DNA of 63,109 nucleotides, counting the filler, from Octopus bimaculoides (lineage: Eukaryota): the NCBI RefSeq assembly GCF_001194135.2. It is 5 parts of 5 records of this genome, joined end to end, with 100 filler letters (N's around TTAATTAATTAA, not from the genome) between each part and the next. Parts side by side here need not be neighbours in the genome. Positions count along the whole stretch, not along the records: positions 43,932 to 57,758 come from NC_068981.1; positions 57,859 to 63,109 come from NC_068985.1; 3 more parts are not named here. One strand, written 5' to 3'. The position numbers were made by a program, and so were the translations under genes. This document shows positions 51,881 to 63,109 of the stretch, in pieces; position 1 is the first letter of the stretch; every line of letters begins with the position of its first letter. The notes beneath the pieces are model-generated. The model was not told where the DNA came from, did not search any database, and saw nothing but the letters and a program-made list of their open reading frames with translations.

Positions 51881-52286
51881 TCCCCTTAATTCTATTCTAA
51901 GTTAATTTTCTCTCCCCCCATCTTCTAATACAAACTGCTAGCTCGTCTAGCGATCTCTACGATGGATAATTCCGTTACCGTTTTTTCCAATAATGTTATA
52001 TATAAAACTTACGCATCTCTGACAATGAACATTGATTACGTAATTTGCATTATGTAACGAACAGTCACATGAAGATAATGAAAGTTACGTAAGATGGTGT
52101 AACTGAATATCTGATAATCAATCTCTCCTCTTTTGCTTTCTCCATATACTATGTGTAACCCTCAAACCTAGATTTGATAATAAAGATGCAATTAAAAATA
52201 CACGAACAAAAGTACTAGTTCTTAATATTGGTTATTTAACACGCAATTTAAGGTTAAAATTACACTGGACGGACCGGTATATATCA

Positions 52287-52317
<31 letters not shown>

Positions 52318-52846
52318 TGCGTGTGTGCGCGTGTGTGCGTGTGTGCGTGTGTGCAATTTAAAAGAAAATTCTATCTTGCTCTATTAACTTCATTGGCCGA
52401 ATATGTCTGACAACCAGAAAAGTTTAAATTCCTATTACATCTTATAGCAAATCATTGTAAAATTTGCAATTCCATACATAGGAGAACAAAAGCCACACCG
52501 ATTATGCTGTCAGGGAACTACGACGTACATATCATTTTGGCGAGACAGACCCTAAACCCATGTACGAGGAGCAGTAATGGTTTACACAGATTTAACACAT
52601 TTCATTTCAGTTAGATCGAAAAATTACAACATATCTTATATTTGTTCCAAATTAAGGGAAAACGGCCGTTAATCAGACATAAATGATTCACATAAGCTGA
52701 AGACAAAGATATAATTTATTATTGCTCCGCATTACTAGCAGAGTAATAATAACCATCTATCTTTAATTGTATTATCACTAGAACTGGAAGCGTGTTTTCA
52801 TTTACTTCGGTAAATATTGGAGTATAAAATGAAAACGAATAACACA

Positions 52847-53050
52847 AGAATTCCACCTGATAATATTCGAATATTAGAGGTACTAAAACTTGATAATCCA
52901 CTTGAACATTTACTGCCAAGAACTTTCCATGATCTTTGGTCTCATTCACATGGAACACTTTCCTCATTACGAAAATATACTAAATATACAAACGTAATAT
53001 TATGTCTAATAAACTTCGATTGAATATTTTATCTCACTTATTACAAGCAG
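52847..53050 (+). pseudogene. Decayed partial paralog of the TLR N-terminal LRRs
   Basis: RIPPDNIRILEVLKLDNPLEHLLPRTFHDLWS aligns with TLR RIPPDIIKHLNLLEVLKVDDNLLEYLLPNIFQGLWS. Weaker similarity further on: aacttcgat..tatctcactta vs aactttattgat..tatctcattta. Confidence 0.75.
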
Positions 53051-53194
53051 TTACGTATGTGGCTTTAACTTGTTTTAGTCTTTCACATATAACTACCAAT
53101 CAAATCGAGATTTCATCGTTTTGCGACTTTCTTTTGATGATTAACCTAGTATTTTTTCCTATAACAATCAATTAACAAATAAACATTAAATTAC

Positions 53195-53231
53195 TTCTAT
53201 TTCTTTGTTTCCAGGTGAAATGTTTATCTAA
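53195..53231 (+). promoter_or_regulatory. Splice acceptor of a TLR 5'-UTR intron followed by a 3-codon uORF
   Basis: cttctatttctttgtttccag|g (AG at 53213-53214). ATG TTT ATC TAA at 53220-53231 ends 2 nt before the main ATG. Confidence 0.6.
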
Positions 53232-53233
53232 AG

Positions 53234-55201
53234 ATGAGACACATATTCATTATTATATTTGGTTATTTCTTGAAAATACTTACTTCAGTGATTGCAAATT
53301 GTCAGACAGATTGTCCAGTTGTTTGCCACTGTACCGAAGACAAATTTCAACACTGTACAGTAACTTGTACTGACAAAAACCTAACTCAAATACCCAGTTA
53401 TTTTCCAGAAAATACGATATCATTAGATTTAAGTCGAAACCACATTAAAAGAATCCCTCCTGATATTATTAAGCATTTAAACTTATTAGAGGTGCTAAAA
53501 GTTGACGATAACCTTCTTGAATATTTGCTGCCAAACATCTTTCAAGGTTTGTGGTCTTTGAGAGAACTGTCGTTGGAATACAACAGATTAGCTATTAATT
53601 ATTCTTCATTTCCTATAAATCTTTTCCGAAATTTAACTGAAGTGAAAATTCTGAAACTACGAGGTAACACTGTGTACGGAAACACGAACTTTATTGATAG
53701 AACTATATCTCATTTAACTGCACTAGAAGATTTATACATATCAGGTGGTCCGTTCTTTATGTTTGGTGCAGGATATAAGAATTTGACAAAATTAAAATAT
53801 ATCAATTTTGCCTCAAAAAGAAGCAATTCCGTTATTAGATATATTACAAAAGATGCATTTAAAAATGTTCCCAGAATAACCCATTTGAATTTAGATTACT
53901 GCCACTTAGATAGATTTAACGCCTACACATTATCATTTTTCGAACATCTGCACCTCCTACGCATTTCATTTAACAAACAAAAGCTGCTGAAGGAAATTCC
54001 ACGGTCCTTGAGACATCTAAAATTACCAAGTGAATTCCAAACATTATATTTTAGTAATATAAAGTTAAATGTAGGAACGGGCATTGTTATTACCGAACGT
54101 TTTACAAAGTCTTTACAGAAAACTGGATTGAAGAAAATTGTTTTAAATTCAAATCATATTGAAATACTTTCTTGGAATAGCATTCCCTCCTTGCCCAGCA
54201 CATTGGAATACGCTTATTTGAGAAACAACAAATTTACATACGGAGAATATATATTTCAAATCAAGTTTTTATCCAACATTAAATTAATTGACATTAGTAT
54301 GACATTATCATATAGAGAGCTACCATTCATTCGTAGTAAATTATTCATTCGGGATGTTACATATAGTTTTACAATCCCTAAAACTCTTAAAACACTCTTA
54401 CTACAAGGTTGCCAACATAAACTTCCGATACCACCATTGCATATAAGAGATGCAAATGCAATAAGATTAATTAATGCAACGAATAATTTATTTTGTCCAT
54501 GGAGTGGCCCAGTTCGAGGCTTAGAACAATTACAGATTCTGGATTTAAGTCACAACCAATGCAATAATATCAGTAACGAATTCTTCACATTTTTCACTGG
54601 TCTGCGACTTTTGAATATCGAAAATAACGCAATAGGAATTTCAGGGCAAGTTGCCGAAGAAGGTTTCAGTAGAACTTTTCTAAATTTAACCAACCTCAAA
54701 GAATTATATCTTTCAAATAACCACATTCAATATTTATCAAACAACAGTTTGTTACAGCTGAAAAGTCTCAGAATCTTAGATTTACGCAACAATTTATTGG
54801 AATCGTTTGATGTAAAAATTAGTCATATGTTAAATTTATCATATTTAGATTTATCTAGAAATATTTTACAGGAACTGTCGGAAAACACTTTTAATGCTAT
54901 TGAAAAGATATCTGAATACCATAAACTCACTGTCAACATACAAAACAATAAATTAAAATGTGGTTGCGCACAAATAAGATTTCTCACTTGGCTGCACAAA
55001 GTACGCAATTCAGCACATTTGAAAATAATGTACTCGAAATGTACTTATCGTAACGGAACAGTATGGAAGTTGAAAGGAAATCAGCTTGTTAGGATCGTAA
55101 GCTTTCTGAATCACACTTGTTCAGCCTTGATAGGGATAATAATTGCGATAAGTTTTGGTGTTGTAATACTGATTATATTTCTAGTTGCCTCACTCATTTA
55201 C
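53234..55201 (+). CDS. Toll-like-receptor-type LRR transmembrane protein (3' part, expected TIR, lost in N gap)
   Basis: 656 uninterrupted codons. Hydrophobic signal peptide, LRR-NT (CPVVCHC...CTVTC), many LxxLxLxxN repeats, LRR-CT (NKLKCGCAQIRFLTWL...C...C) and TM ALIGIIIAISFGVVILIIFLVASLIY, then the N gap 55202-55879. The TIR itself is not visible. Confidence 0.88.
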
Positions 55202-56804
55202 NNNNNNNNNNNNNNNNNNNNNNNNNNNNNNNNNNNNNNNNNNNNNNNNNNNNNNNNNNNNNNNNNNNNNNNNNNNNNNNNNNNNNNNNNNNNNNNNNNN
55301 NNNNNNNNNNNNNNNNNNNNNNNNNNNNNNNNNNNNNNNNNNNNNNNNNNNNNNNNNNNNNNNNNNNNNNNNNNNNNNNNNNNNNNNNNNNNNNNNNNNN
55401 NNNNNNNNNNNNNNNNNNNNNNNNNNNNNNNNNNNNNNNNNNNNNNNNNNNNNNNNNNNNNNNNNNNNNNNNNNNNNNNNNNNNNNNNNNNNNNNNNNNN
55501 NNNNNNNNNNNNNNNNNNNNNNNNNNNNNNNNNNNNNNNNNNNNNNNNNNNNNNNNNNNNNNNNNNNNNNNNNNNNNNNNNNNNNNNNNNNNNNNNNNNN
55601 NNNNNNNNNNNNNNNNNNNNNNNNNNNNNNNNNNNNNNNNNNNNNNNNNNNNNNNNNNNNNNNNNNNNNNNNNNNNNNNNNNNNNNNNNNNNNNNNNNNN
55701 NNNNNNNNNNNNNNNNNNNNNNNNNNNNNNNNNNNNNNNNNNNNNNNNNNNNNNNNNNNNNNNNNNNNNNNNNNNNNNNNNNNNNNNNNNNNNNNNNNNN
55801 NNNNNNNNNNNNNNNNNNNNNNNNNNNNNNNNNNNNNNNNNNNNNNNNNNNNNNNNNNNNNNNNNNNNNNNNNNNNNNNAGTAAAATGACTGACTTCTTC
55901 CTTTTTATACCTTTTACAAGATTTCGACAAGATGAATTTTTCGAATACATTTTTGACCAATCTGCATGCAGCTTAACCGTCACAGTTTGCCGGGTGCACC
56001 GATATTACTGGCATAAATCCCGCCTTTATTTTAACTAATTAGCTTATGTTTTAGATGCAATGGTTTTATGAGTGAGCAAACTTCGTTGGTTTCGATCGTT
56101 TTTATTTCACTTGGTGGGATTCTTCTGTAATTTGTTTATATTCATATGTTAAAGATATTTTTTAATCCACATCATTAACTGGTTGCTATATTATTGTTGT
56201 TATTTCCGTTCAGAACAAGGTTGAACATTTTAATGAAACGTTTTTCTTTATCTTTCTTCCAGCCTCATTTGTTTCATGTAGTTTGTGAGAAGGAAAAATT
56301 TGAAAAATTTTCTGACCACATGTTTCTACATGTTCGCTTAATGGAATTTGGCGAACATTAGTGCTCCAGATTTGTCGTCTGTGAATTTGTGAGCATTCTG
56401 ATAATGCATTCCCGTCTCGCCAATATATAGTTCCTCGCAATTAGGGCATTTAAGGCACTAGATCAAATTGCTGCTTTTGTAGTTGATATCTGTATTTGTA
56501 AAAATCTGTCCATTTTTTGTTCTAAAGGATCTAATATTATGCATGTACTGAGACATTCCACATCTGTTATCATTACTCTTGGATACTGTAAATATTCTAT
56601 CCCTTTTGTTCGTATTGAATTTTGCCTTTGTTAATAGTTTTTTCAGGTTATGTGGTTGCCTTTTGCTTAAGATAAATATTTGATTTTTAATTCCTCACTT
56701 TGTTTCATGATTGGCAAACTTATTTTGATGATGTTAAAAAATGTTTTGATGATGTGGATTATGTGTTACCAGAAGTGGTAACAATGTTGTAACTTTATTC
56801 AACT

Positions 56805-56855
<51 letters not shown>

Positions 56856-56874
56856 TCATAATTTTCAAAAAATG

Positions 56875-57093
56875 TACGAGGGGCTGCTGAAAAGTTCCAG
56901 GTTTTTAGGGTAACACGGAAGGCCTGGCTGGAGTTCCAATCTTCCAAGTTCTTTTAGAGGACTTAGAAAAACTGAAAGATATTCGCAATAAGTGTATGAA
57001 TCTGAGAGGGGAATAGATTGAATAAAATCATAATTAACTGATCTTTTTTTTTTCATTTACCCACAGCCAGGAACTTTTCAGCACCCCTTCGTA
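56875..57093. mobile_element. Mariner-derived MITE downstream of the TLR
   Basis: TIRs TAcgaggggctgctgaaaagttccagg and (rc) TAcgaaggggtgctgaaaagttcctgg. Confidence 0.8.
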
Positions 57094-57557
57094 CAAAGCA
57101 ATTACTGAGGTTATTTGTATTATTGGTTATTAACGGATATCGTCCCCTTCAACACACATGTTGACTACTAACTATATCATATATTAGTTTCTTTAACATA
57201 ATTTATTTTACATTAACGAAATCAATTGTATTCTTATTGTAATAAACTCAGTAATAATAAGCCTTTATCATCATTTAACGTTTCCGTGAGTTCCGTGTTT
57301 AAAATTTTTGGACCAACAAAGAGAGTGTAGAGAGACTGAATGTTGTAACAGAGGAGCATTTGTGTAGGGCGTGTGTATGTGTGAACTACGAAAATTTCTG
57401 CTACGTCAAACTGTTTTTCGTTCTTCTCCAGTTTTTCTTTACCTACGCTCTCTTTCTCTCTCTTGCTCTCTCATTAGCTCATACACACATTCTTATCTAT
57501 CTGTTACAGACTTGCATTTCAGGCTATCGATCCGATGTTCAATATACTGTATAAAGC

Positions 57558-57589
<32 letters not shown>

Positions 57590-57859
57590 TGTATGTATGT
57601 ATGTATGTATGCATGCATGCATGCATGCATGTATGTATGTATGTATGTATGTATGTATGTATGTATGTATGTATGTATGTATGTTATCAATCAGTTTCAT
57701 TTCTGTATTTCCTGTCCATAGAGAAAGAGCCGGACTCTAACATAGATTCAAGGCTCCTNNNNNNNNNNNNNNNNNNNNNNNNNNNNNNNNNNNNNNNNNN
57801 NNTTAATTAATTAANNNNNNNNNNNNNNNNNNNNNNNNNNNNNNNNNNNNNNNNNNNNA

Positions 57860-58785
57860 GATCAATGCTATCATCGCCAGCGGTTCAACCTTTGTCACCA
57901 CCATCTTCATCATCAGCGCAACCAATACAATCACACACGCACACAAACACATACACACACAAATACACACACACACAGACACCCACAGACACATACACAG
58001 AAACACACACGTACACAAACACACACACAAACACACGCAAACACACGCACACAAATCACACATACAAACACACACGTACACAAACACATACACTCATGCA
58101 CGCACGCACAAACACGCAAACACACACATACACAAACACACACAAACGCATGCCACACATACACACACACACAAACGCATACCACACACACACACACACA
58201 CACACACATACATATATATATAATATATGTATATATATATATGTATATATCCACCACCACTAACAACAAAAACAACAACACCGTCACCACCACCACCGCC
58301 ACTACCACCACCACTACCACACACGTACACAAACACACACACACGCACGCACACGCAAACACACACCCACAAAACACACTAACACGCACATATACAAACA
58401 CACACTAACACACATATACAAACATATACAGAAACGTCAGCACGCCGGGCGAAATGCTTGGCGGTATTTCGTCTGCCGCTACGTTCTGAGTTCAAATTCC
58501 GCCGAGGTCGACTTTGCCTTTTATCTTTTCGGGGTCGATTAAATAAGTACCAGTTACGCACTGGGNNNNNNNNNNTTTATCTTTTCGGGGTCGATTAAAT
58601 AAGTACCAGTTACGCACTGGGGTCGATATAATCGACTTAATCCCTTTGTCTGTCTTTGTTTGTCCCCTTTGTGTGTAGCCCCTTGTGGGCAGTAAAGAAA
58701 TAACACATATACAAACACACACTAACACACACATATACCACATATACCACATATACCACACACGCACATGCATATATAATATATG

Positions 58786-58816
<31 letters not shown>

Positions 58817-59200
58817 ATATCCTCCACCACTAACAACAAAAACAACCACACCGTCACCACCAGCACCACCGCCACTGCCACCACCACTACCACAAACAGA
58901 ACTCTCACTATTCTTTCTCACCGCCCCCGCACCGCAATCAATACCATCTTTCCCGCCACAACCATCACCTCCATCACCACCACCAACAACACCCTCATCA
59001 TCACCACAAAACCATCACCATCAACAGCATAAACATCGTCATCACCACCAGCAACAATCAGAACAGCAACTCGAACACATCGCCATCACCACCACCACCA
59101 CCTCGCCCCCACACCACCACCGCTATCATTGAAATCACCATCATCATCATCATCGTCATCGTCGTCATCGTCGTCGTCGTCAGCAGCAGCAGCACNNNNN
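57860..59200. repeat. CA/CAC/CAT low-complexity region with an internally duplicated cassette
   Basis: Direct reading. 58215-58320 resembles 58770-58893. Confidence 0.85.
58437..58704 (+). mobile_element. SINE family D copy (contains a 10-N assembly overlap)
   Basis: Close match to 29760-29978. Confidence 0.8.
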
Positions 59201-59613
59201 NNNNNNNNNNNNNNNNNNNNNNNNNNNNNNNNNNNNNNNNNNNNNNNNNNNNNNNNNNNNNNNNNNNNNNNNNNNNNNNNNNNNNNNNNNNNNNNNNNNN
59301 NNNNNNNNNNNNNNNNNNNNNNNNNNNNNNNNNNNNNNNNNNNNNNNNNNNNNNNNNNNNNNNNNNNNNNNTAAGGGTAGACCCTCTACTTAATGCTTGG
59401 GTTAGCAGTGATGGCGAGGCAGCGCTGGTGGCGGTGGTGGTGGTAGAGGTGGTGATAGTCGCGGTGGTGGTGGTGGTGGTGGTTGTCGTCGTCTTGGATA
59501 TATATATATATATATATAGTGTGAGGGCTTGCGTTCATCTATGTGTATATAAGATGCATGTGTATTTTGTGTATGTGTGCGTTTGTGTGTGCGTGCGTGT
59601 GTGTGTGTGTGTG

Positions 59614-59658
<45 letters not shown>

Positions 59659-59663
59659 GTCTG

Positions 59664-59698
<35 letters not shown>

Positions 59699-59777
59699 GT
59701 CTGTCTATCTATCTACCTATCTATCTGTCTATCTGTCTGTCTATCTTTCTATTTATTTATATATTCATCTTTATACA

Positions 59778-60588
59778 TACGAGGTGGTATCAAAAGATTC
59801 CCGGAGTAGTTATGTTTAACAGAAAAGAACTTATTTACCTAAGTTTTAACATCCTCTTTCGAAATAGTTACCTTGTCCAGTAACACACCGGTCCCAGTGT
59901 TTGTGCCACTTTTGGAATCCAGCCTAGAAGTCGTTTTCCGTAAGAGAGTCAAGGACCTTCTGCGATTCGCTCTGGATCTCGACAACGGTGTTGAGAGATG
60001 CAAGTCCGCAGCTGCTTAATCTGGCAAATAGGGCGGGCGTGAAACCCAGAAGAGCTCGGAGACAGGGGACATTGTCGTCGTGAAGAATCCAATTCTTCGT
60101 GCTCCACAGATCCAGTCGCTTTCGCCGAATGTCCTCCCTCAAACGCTTAAAAACATCACAGCAGAACTCCTGATTGACGGTCTGATCCTGAGAGATTAAT
60201 TCTCGATGCGTAATAGCGCATTTCCGGGAGTGACGTTCGTGGCAGGTCTTCCACATCGCTCGTCGTCTTCCAGGAACGTTCTTCCCTCTTTTGAAGCGCT
60301 CGCGCCATACGAAACATTGCCTGCTACCCATTGTCTCGTTACCGTATTCTTGCCGAAGCATACTCAGTGTCGCTGTAGCAGACTTCTCAAGTTAAGCACA
60401 AAATTTCGCGTTGGCTCTTTGTTCCTGTCCATGACAAAAATCGGAGACTGCAGAATACAAAAACACAAATTTGCGAAGTAAACACAGCTTCATAAAGGTC
60501 ATGGCTAGCTCTCAGTGCGCACACAACCATGAGCTGTCATGTATTGGCGCTCTACAGAACTGGTCTGGGAACGGTTTGATACTACCTC

Positions 60589-60591
<3 letters not shown>
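59778..60591 (-). mobile_element. Internally deleted mariner with both TIRs
   Basis: TIRs TAcgaggtggtatcaaaagattcccgg and (rc) TAcgaggtagtatcaaaccgttcccag. ORF remnant RQCFVWRERFKRG...DLWSTKNWILHDDNVP. Confidence 0.87.
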
Positions 60592-60634
<43 letters not shown>

Positions 60635-61252
60635 GAGAATATACAAAAAATAACAACAGACGAGGACAGGTGGTGTAAATAACAAAAGTATATATTAGTA
60701 TGACGCTCGGGAATNNNNNNNNNNNNNNNNNNNNNNNNNNNNNNNNNNNNNNNNNNNNNNNNNNNNNNNNNNNNNNNNNNNNNNNNNNNNNNNNNNNNNN
60801 NNNNNNNNNNNNNNNNNNNNNNNNNNNNNNNNNNNNNNNNNNNNNNNNNNNNNNNNNNNNNNNNNNNNNNNNNNNNNNNNNNNNNNNNNNNNNNNNNNNN
60901 NNNNNNNNNNNNNNNNNNNNNNNNNNNNNNNNNNNNNNNNNNNNNNNNNNNNNNNNNNNNNNNNNNNNNNNNNNNNNNNNNNNNNNNNNNNNNNNNNNNN
61001 NNNNNNNNNNNNNNNNNNNNNNNNNNNNNNNNNNNNNNNNNNNNNNNNNNNNNNNNNNNNNNNNNNNNNNNNNNNNNNNNNNNNNNNNNNNNNNNNNNNN
61101 NNNNNNNNNNNNNNNNNNNNNNNNNNNNNNNNNNNNNNNNNNNNNNNNNNNNNNNNNNNNNNNNNNNNNNNNNNNNNNNNNNNNNNNNNNNNNNNNNNNN
61201 NNNNNNNNNNNNNNNNNNNNNNNNNNNNNNNNNNNNNNNNNNNNNNNNNNNN

Positions 61253-61284
<32 letters not shown>

Positions 61285-61449
61285 CATATATTATATATTT
61301 ACATTTATGCATACATATATATGTATTTATATCCATTTATTTATATATATATATATATATATAAGGGCATAACTATACAAGAATGCCTCACGTTAACTAC
61401 TGTAATAAATACATTTTTACCAAATGTGGGGAAATGCAGCCTTCAAAGA

Positions 61450-61730
61450 AACTAGCCTTTTAAAAACAGACTGAACTATAGATCACCGATTTCATGATCA
61501 TTATAGTAATATATAATCTTCACTTGTCAGTACAGTATAGTCAAGACACATAGAAATAAACAAAAAATCGACATACCAAACGAACACCTCATGTATTCTG
61601 GACAGCACATAGAAGATTGTTTATCCCTATATATCTATGTAAAAGGAGGGCTTTTCGAGCTGCACTTCGGTACCATGTGTTTTTAATCGGAATAAAATTC
61701 AGTACTGCATATATGCCGGTTATATATTTA
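61450..61730 (+). mobile_element. Possible Penelope-like GIY-YIG remnant
   Basis: Degenerate KTHRNKQKIDIPNEHLMYSGQHIEDCFIPIYLC resembles the C-terminal half of PLE endonucleases. Weak match. Confidence 0.3.
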
Positions 61731-62016
61731 ATTAATACAATAATAGGATAAACTCTTATATAAGAATTTATCAAGTGGCTATGTCAAGATGAATTTTTAT
61801 GTATTCTTCTTCCCACTTGGATTTTAAATGTTGCCACAATTATAATAGGTCTTTTCTACTGTTATTTTCTTCATTCTTGTGCAGCTGAAGATTGCTCTAC
61901 ATATTGCATTTAATGTAATGCTCGCATTACTTAAATAAGTGGAGTAGCATGAAACGAGCGTACTGCAATCATCGTAAAAATCCGTGTTGAATATTTTGAT
62001 TTTTTATACATATACA

Positions 62017-62056
<40 letters not shown>

Positions 62057-62623
62057 NNNNNNNNNNNNNNNNNNNNNNNNNNNNNNNNNNNNNNNNNNNN
62101 NNNNNNNNNNNNNNNNNNNNNNNNNNNNNNNNNNNNNNNNNNNNNNNNNNNNNNNNNNNNNNNNNNNNNNNNNNNNNNNNNNNNNNNNNNNNNNNNNNNN
62201 NNNNNNNNNNNNNNNNNNNNNNNNNNNNNNNNNNNNNNNNNNNNNNNNNNNNNNNNNNNNNNNNNNNNNNNNNNNNNNNNNNNNNNNNNNNNNNNNNNNN
62301 NNNNNNNNNNNNNNNNNNNNNNNNNNNNNNNNNNNNNNNNNNNNNNNNNNNNNNNNNNNNNNNNNNNNNNNNNNNNNNNNNNNNNNNNNNNNNNNNNNNN
62401 NNNNNNNNNNNNNNNNNNNNNNNNNNNNNNNNNNNNNNNNNNNNNNNNNNNNNNNNNNNNNNNNNNNNNNNNNNNNNNNNNNNNNNNNNNNNNNNNNNNN
62501 NNNNNNNNNNNNNNAGAATCTGTATATGTATGCGGGATGTATCAAGTGATAAATATATTTCTGAATAGTATATGCACACACACACAATATCGCCATATAT
62601 GTATGTATATATTTATATGTATG

Positions 62624-62670
<47 letters not shown>

Positions 62671-63051
62671 ATATATACATGTATACATGTATACATATAT
62701 ATATTCATATATCTGTATACATATATATCTGTATATATATATGTGTGTGCGTATGTATGTGTAGATATGTACGAGCTCAAAAACAGACACACGGAATACT
62801 GGACAGTGTTTACATAGTTAAAATATTACCATAAAATAAAAGAAACTTTCGGTATCTGTATGTATGTGAGTGTGTGTATATGTGTGTATATATGCATGCA
62901 TACACACATGCATACTCATATCCACACTCATACAAACATACAAACACACACACACACACAGATAAACATATGCATAAATTGGAAACAGCTCTCTGCGACG
63001 CGAAGTGTCAAAACAACTGTACAACTATACATACATACATACATACATACA

Positions 63052-63083
<32 letters not shown>

Positions 63084-63109
63084 CATAAATACATATATAT
63101 ATATATATA

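Noticed and set aside
51964-51973. GGATAATTCC as an NF-kB-like site upstream of the TLR
   Set aside because: It deviates from GGGRNWYYCC, and a single degenerate 10-mer is expected by chance.
55880-56038. In-frame continuation of the 934-aa ORF after the gap (SKMTDFFLF...)
   Set aside because: No TIR box motifs, and the frame depends on an estimated gap length. More likely 3'UTR.
58520-58621. Exact 46-bp direct repeat around a 10-N gap
   Set aside because: Overlapping contig ends left unmerged; an assembly artefact.

Overview
AT-rich, microsatellite-dense animal genomic DNA from a gapped draft assembly. The repeat landscape (several tRNA-headed SINE families, (TA)n/(CA)n/(TACA)n/(TATC)n tracts, mariner relics) suggests a coleoid cephalopod, probably Octopus; this species call is inference. 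Two host genes are supported, both on +. (1) An M14A metallocarboxypeptidase with 8 exons (6985-19557). They splice in frame at GT-AG sites into 341 aa that keep all Zn-binding and catalytic residues. The 5' exons (signal peptide, most of the pro-domain) were not found. (2) A Toll-like-receptor-type gene whose visible CDS is one uninterrupted exon (ATG 53234: signal peptide, LRR-NT, LRRs, LRR-CT, TM helix). It runs into a 678-N gap exactly where a TIR domain is expected, and a decayed paralogous LRR fragment lies just upstream. The rest is transposon-derived: a near full-length decayed R4/Dong-like LINE bounded by (TAA)n, two other RLE-type LINE 3' ends, a Gypsy gag/protease relic, several Tc1/mariner relics and MITEs, a Helitron-type 3' end and many SINEs. 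Three long inverted repeats were also found. There is no prokaryotic-type system (no CRISPR array, operon or rRNA). Most long ORFs in the track are artefacts of N-runs and microsatellites.
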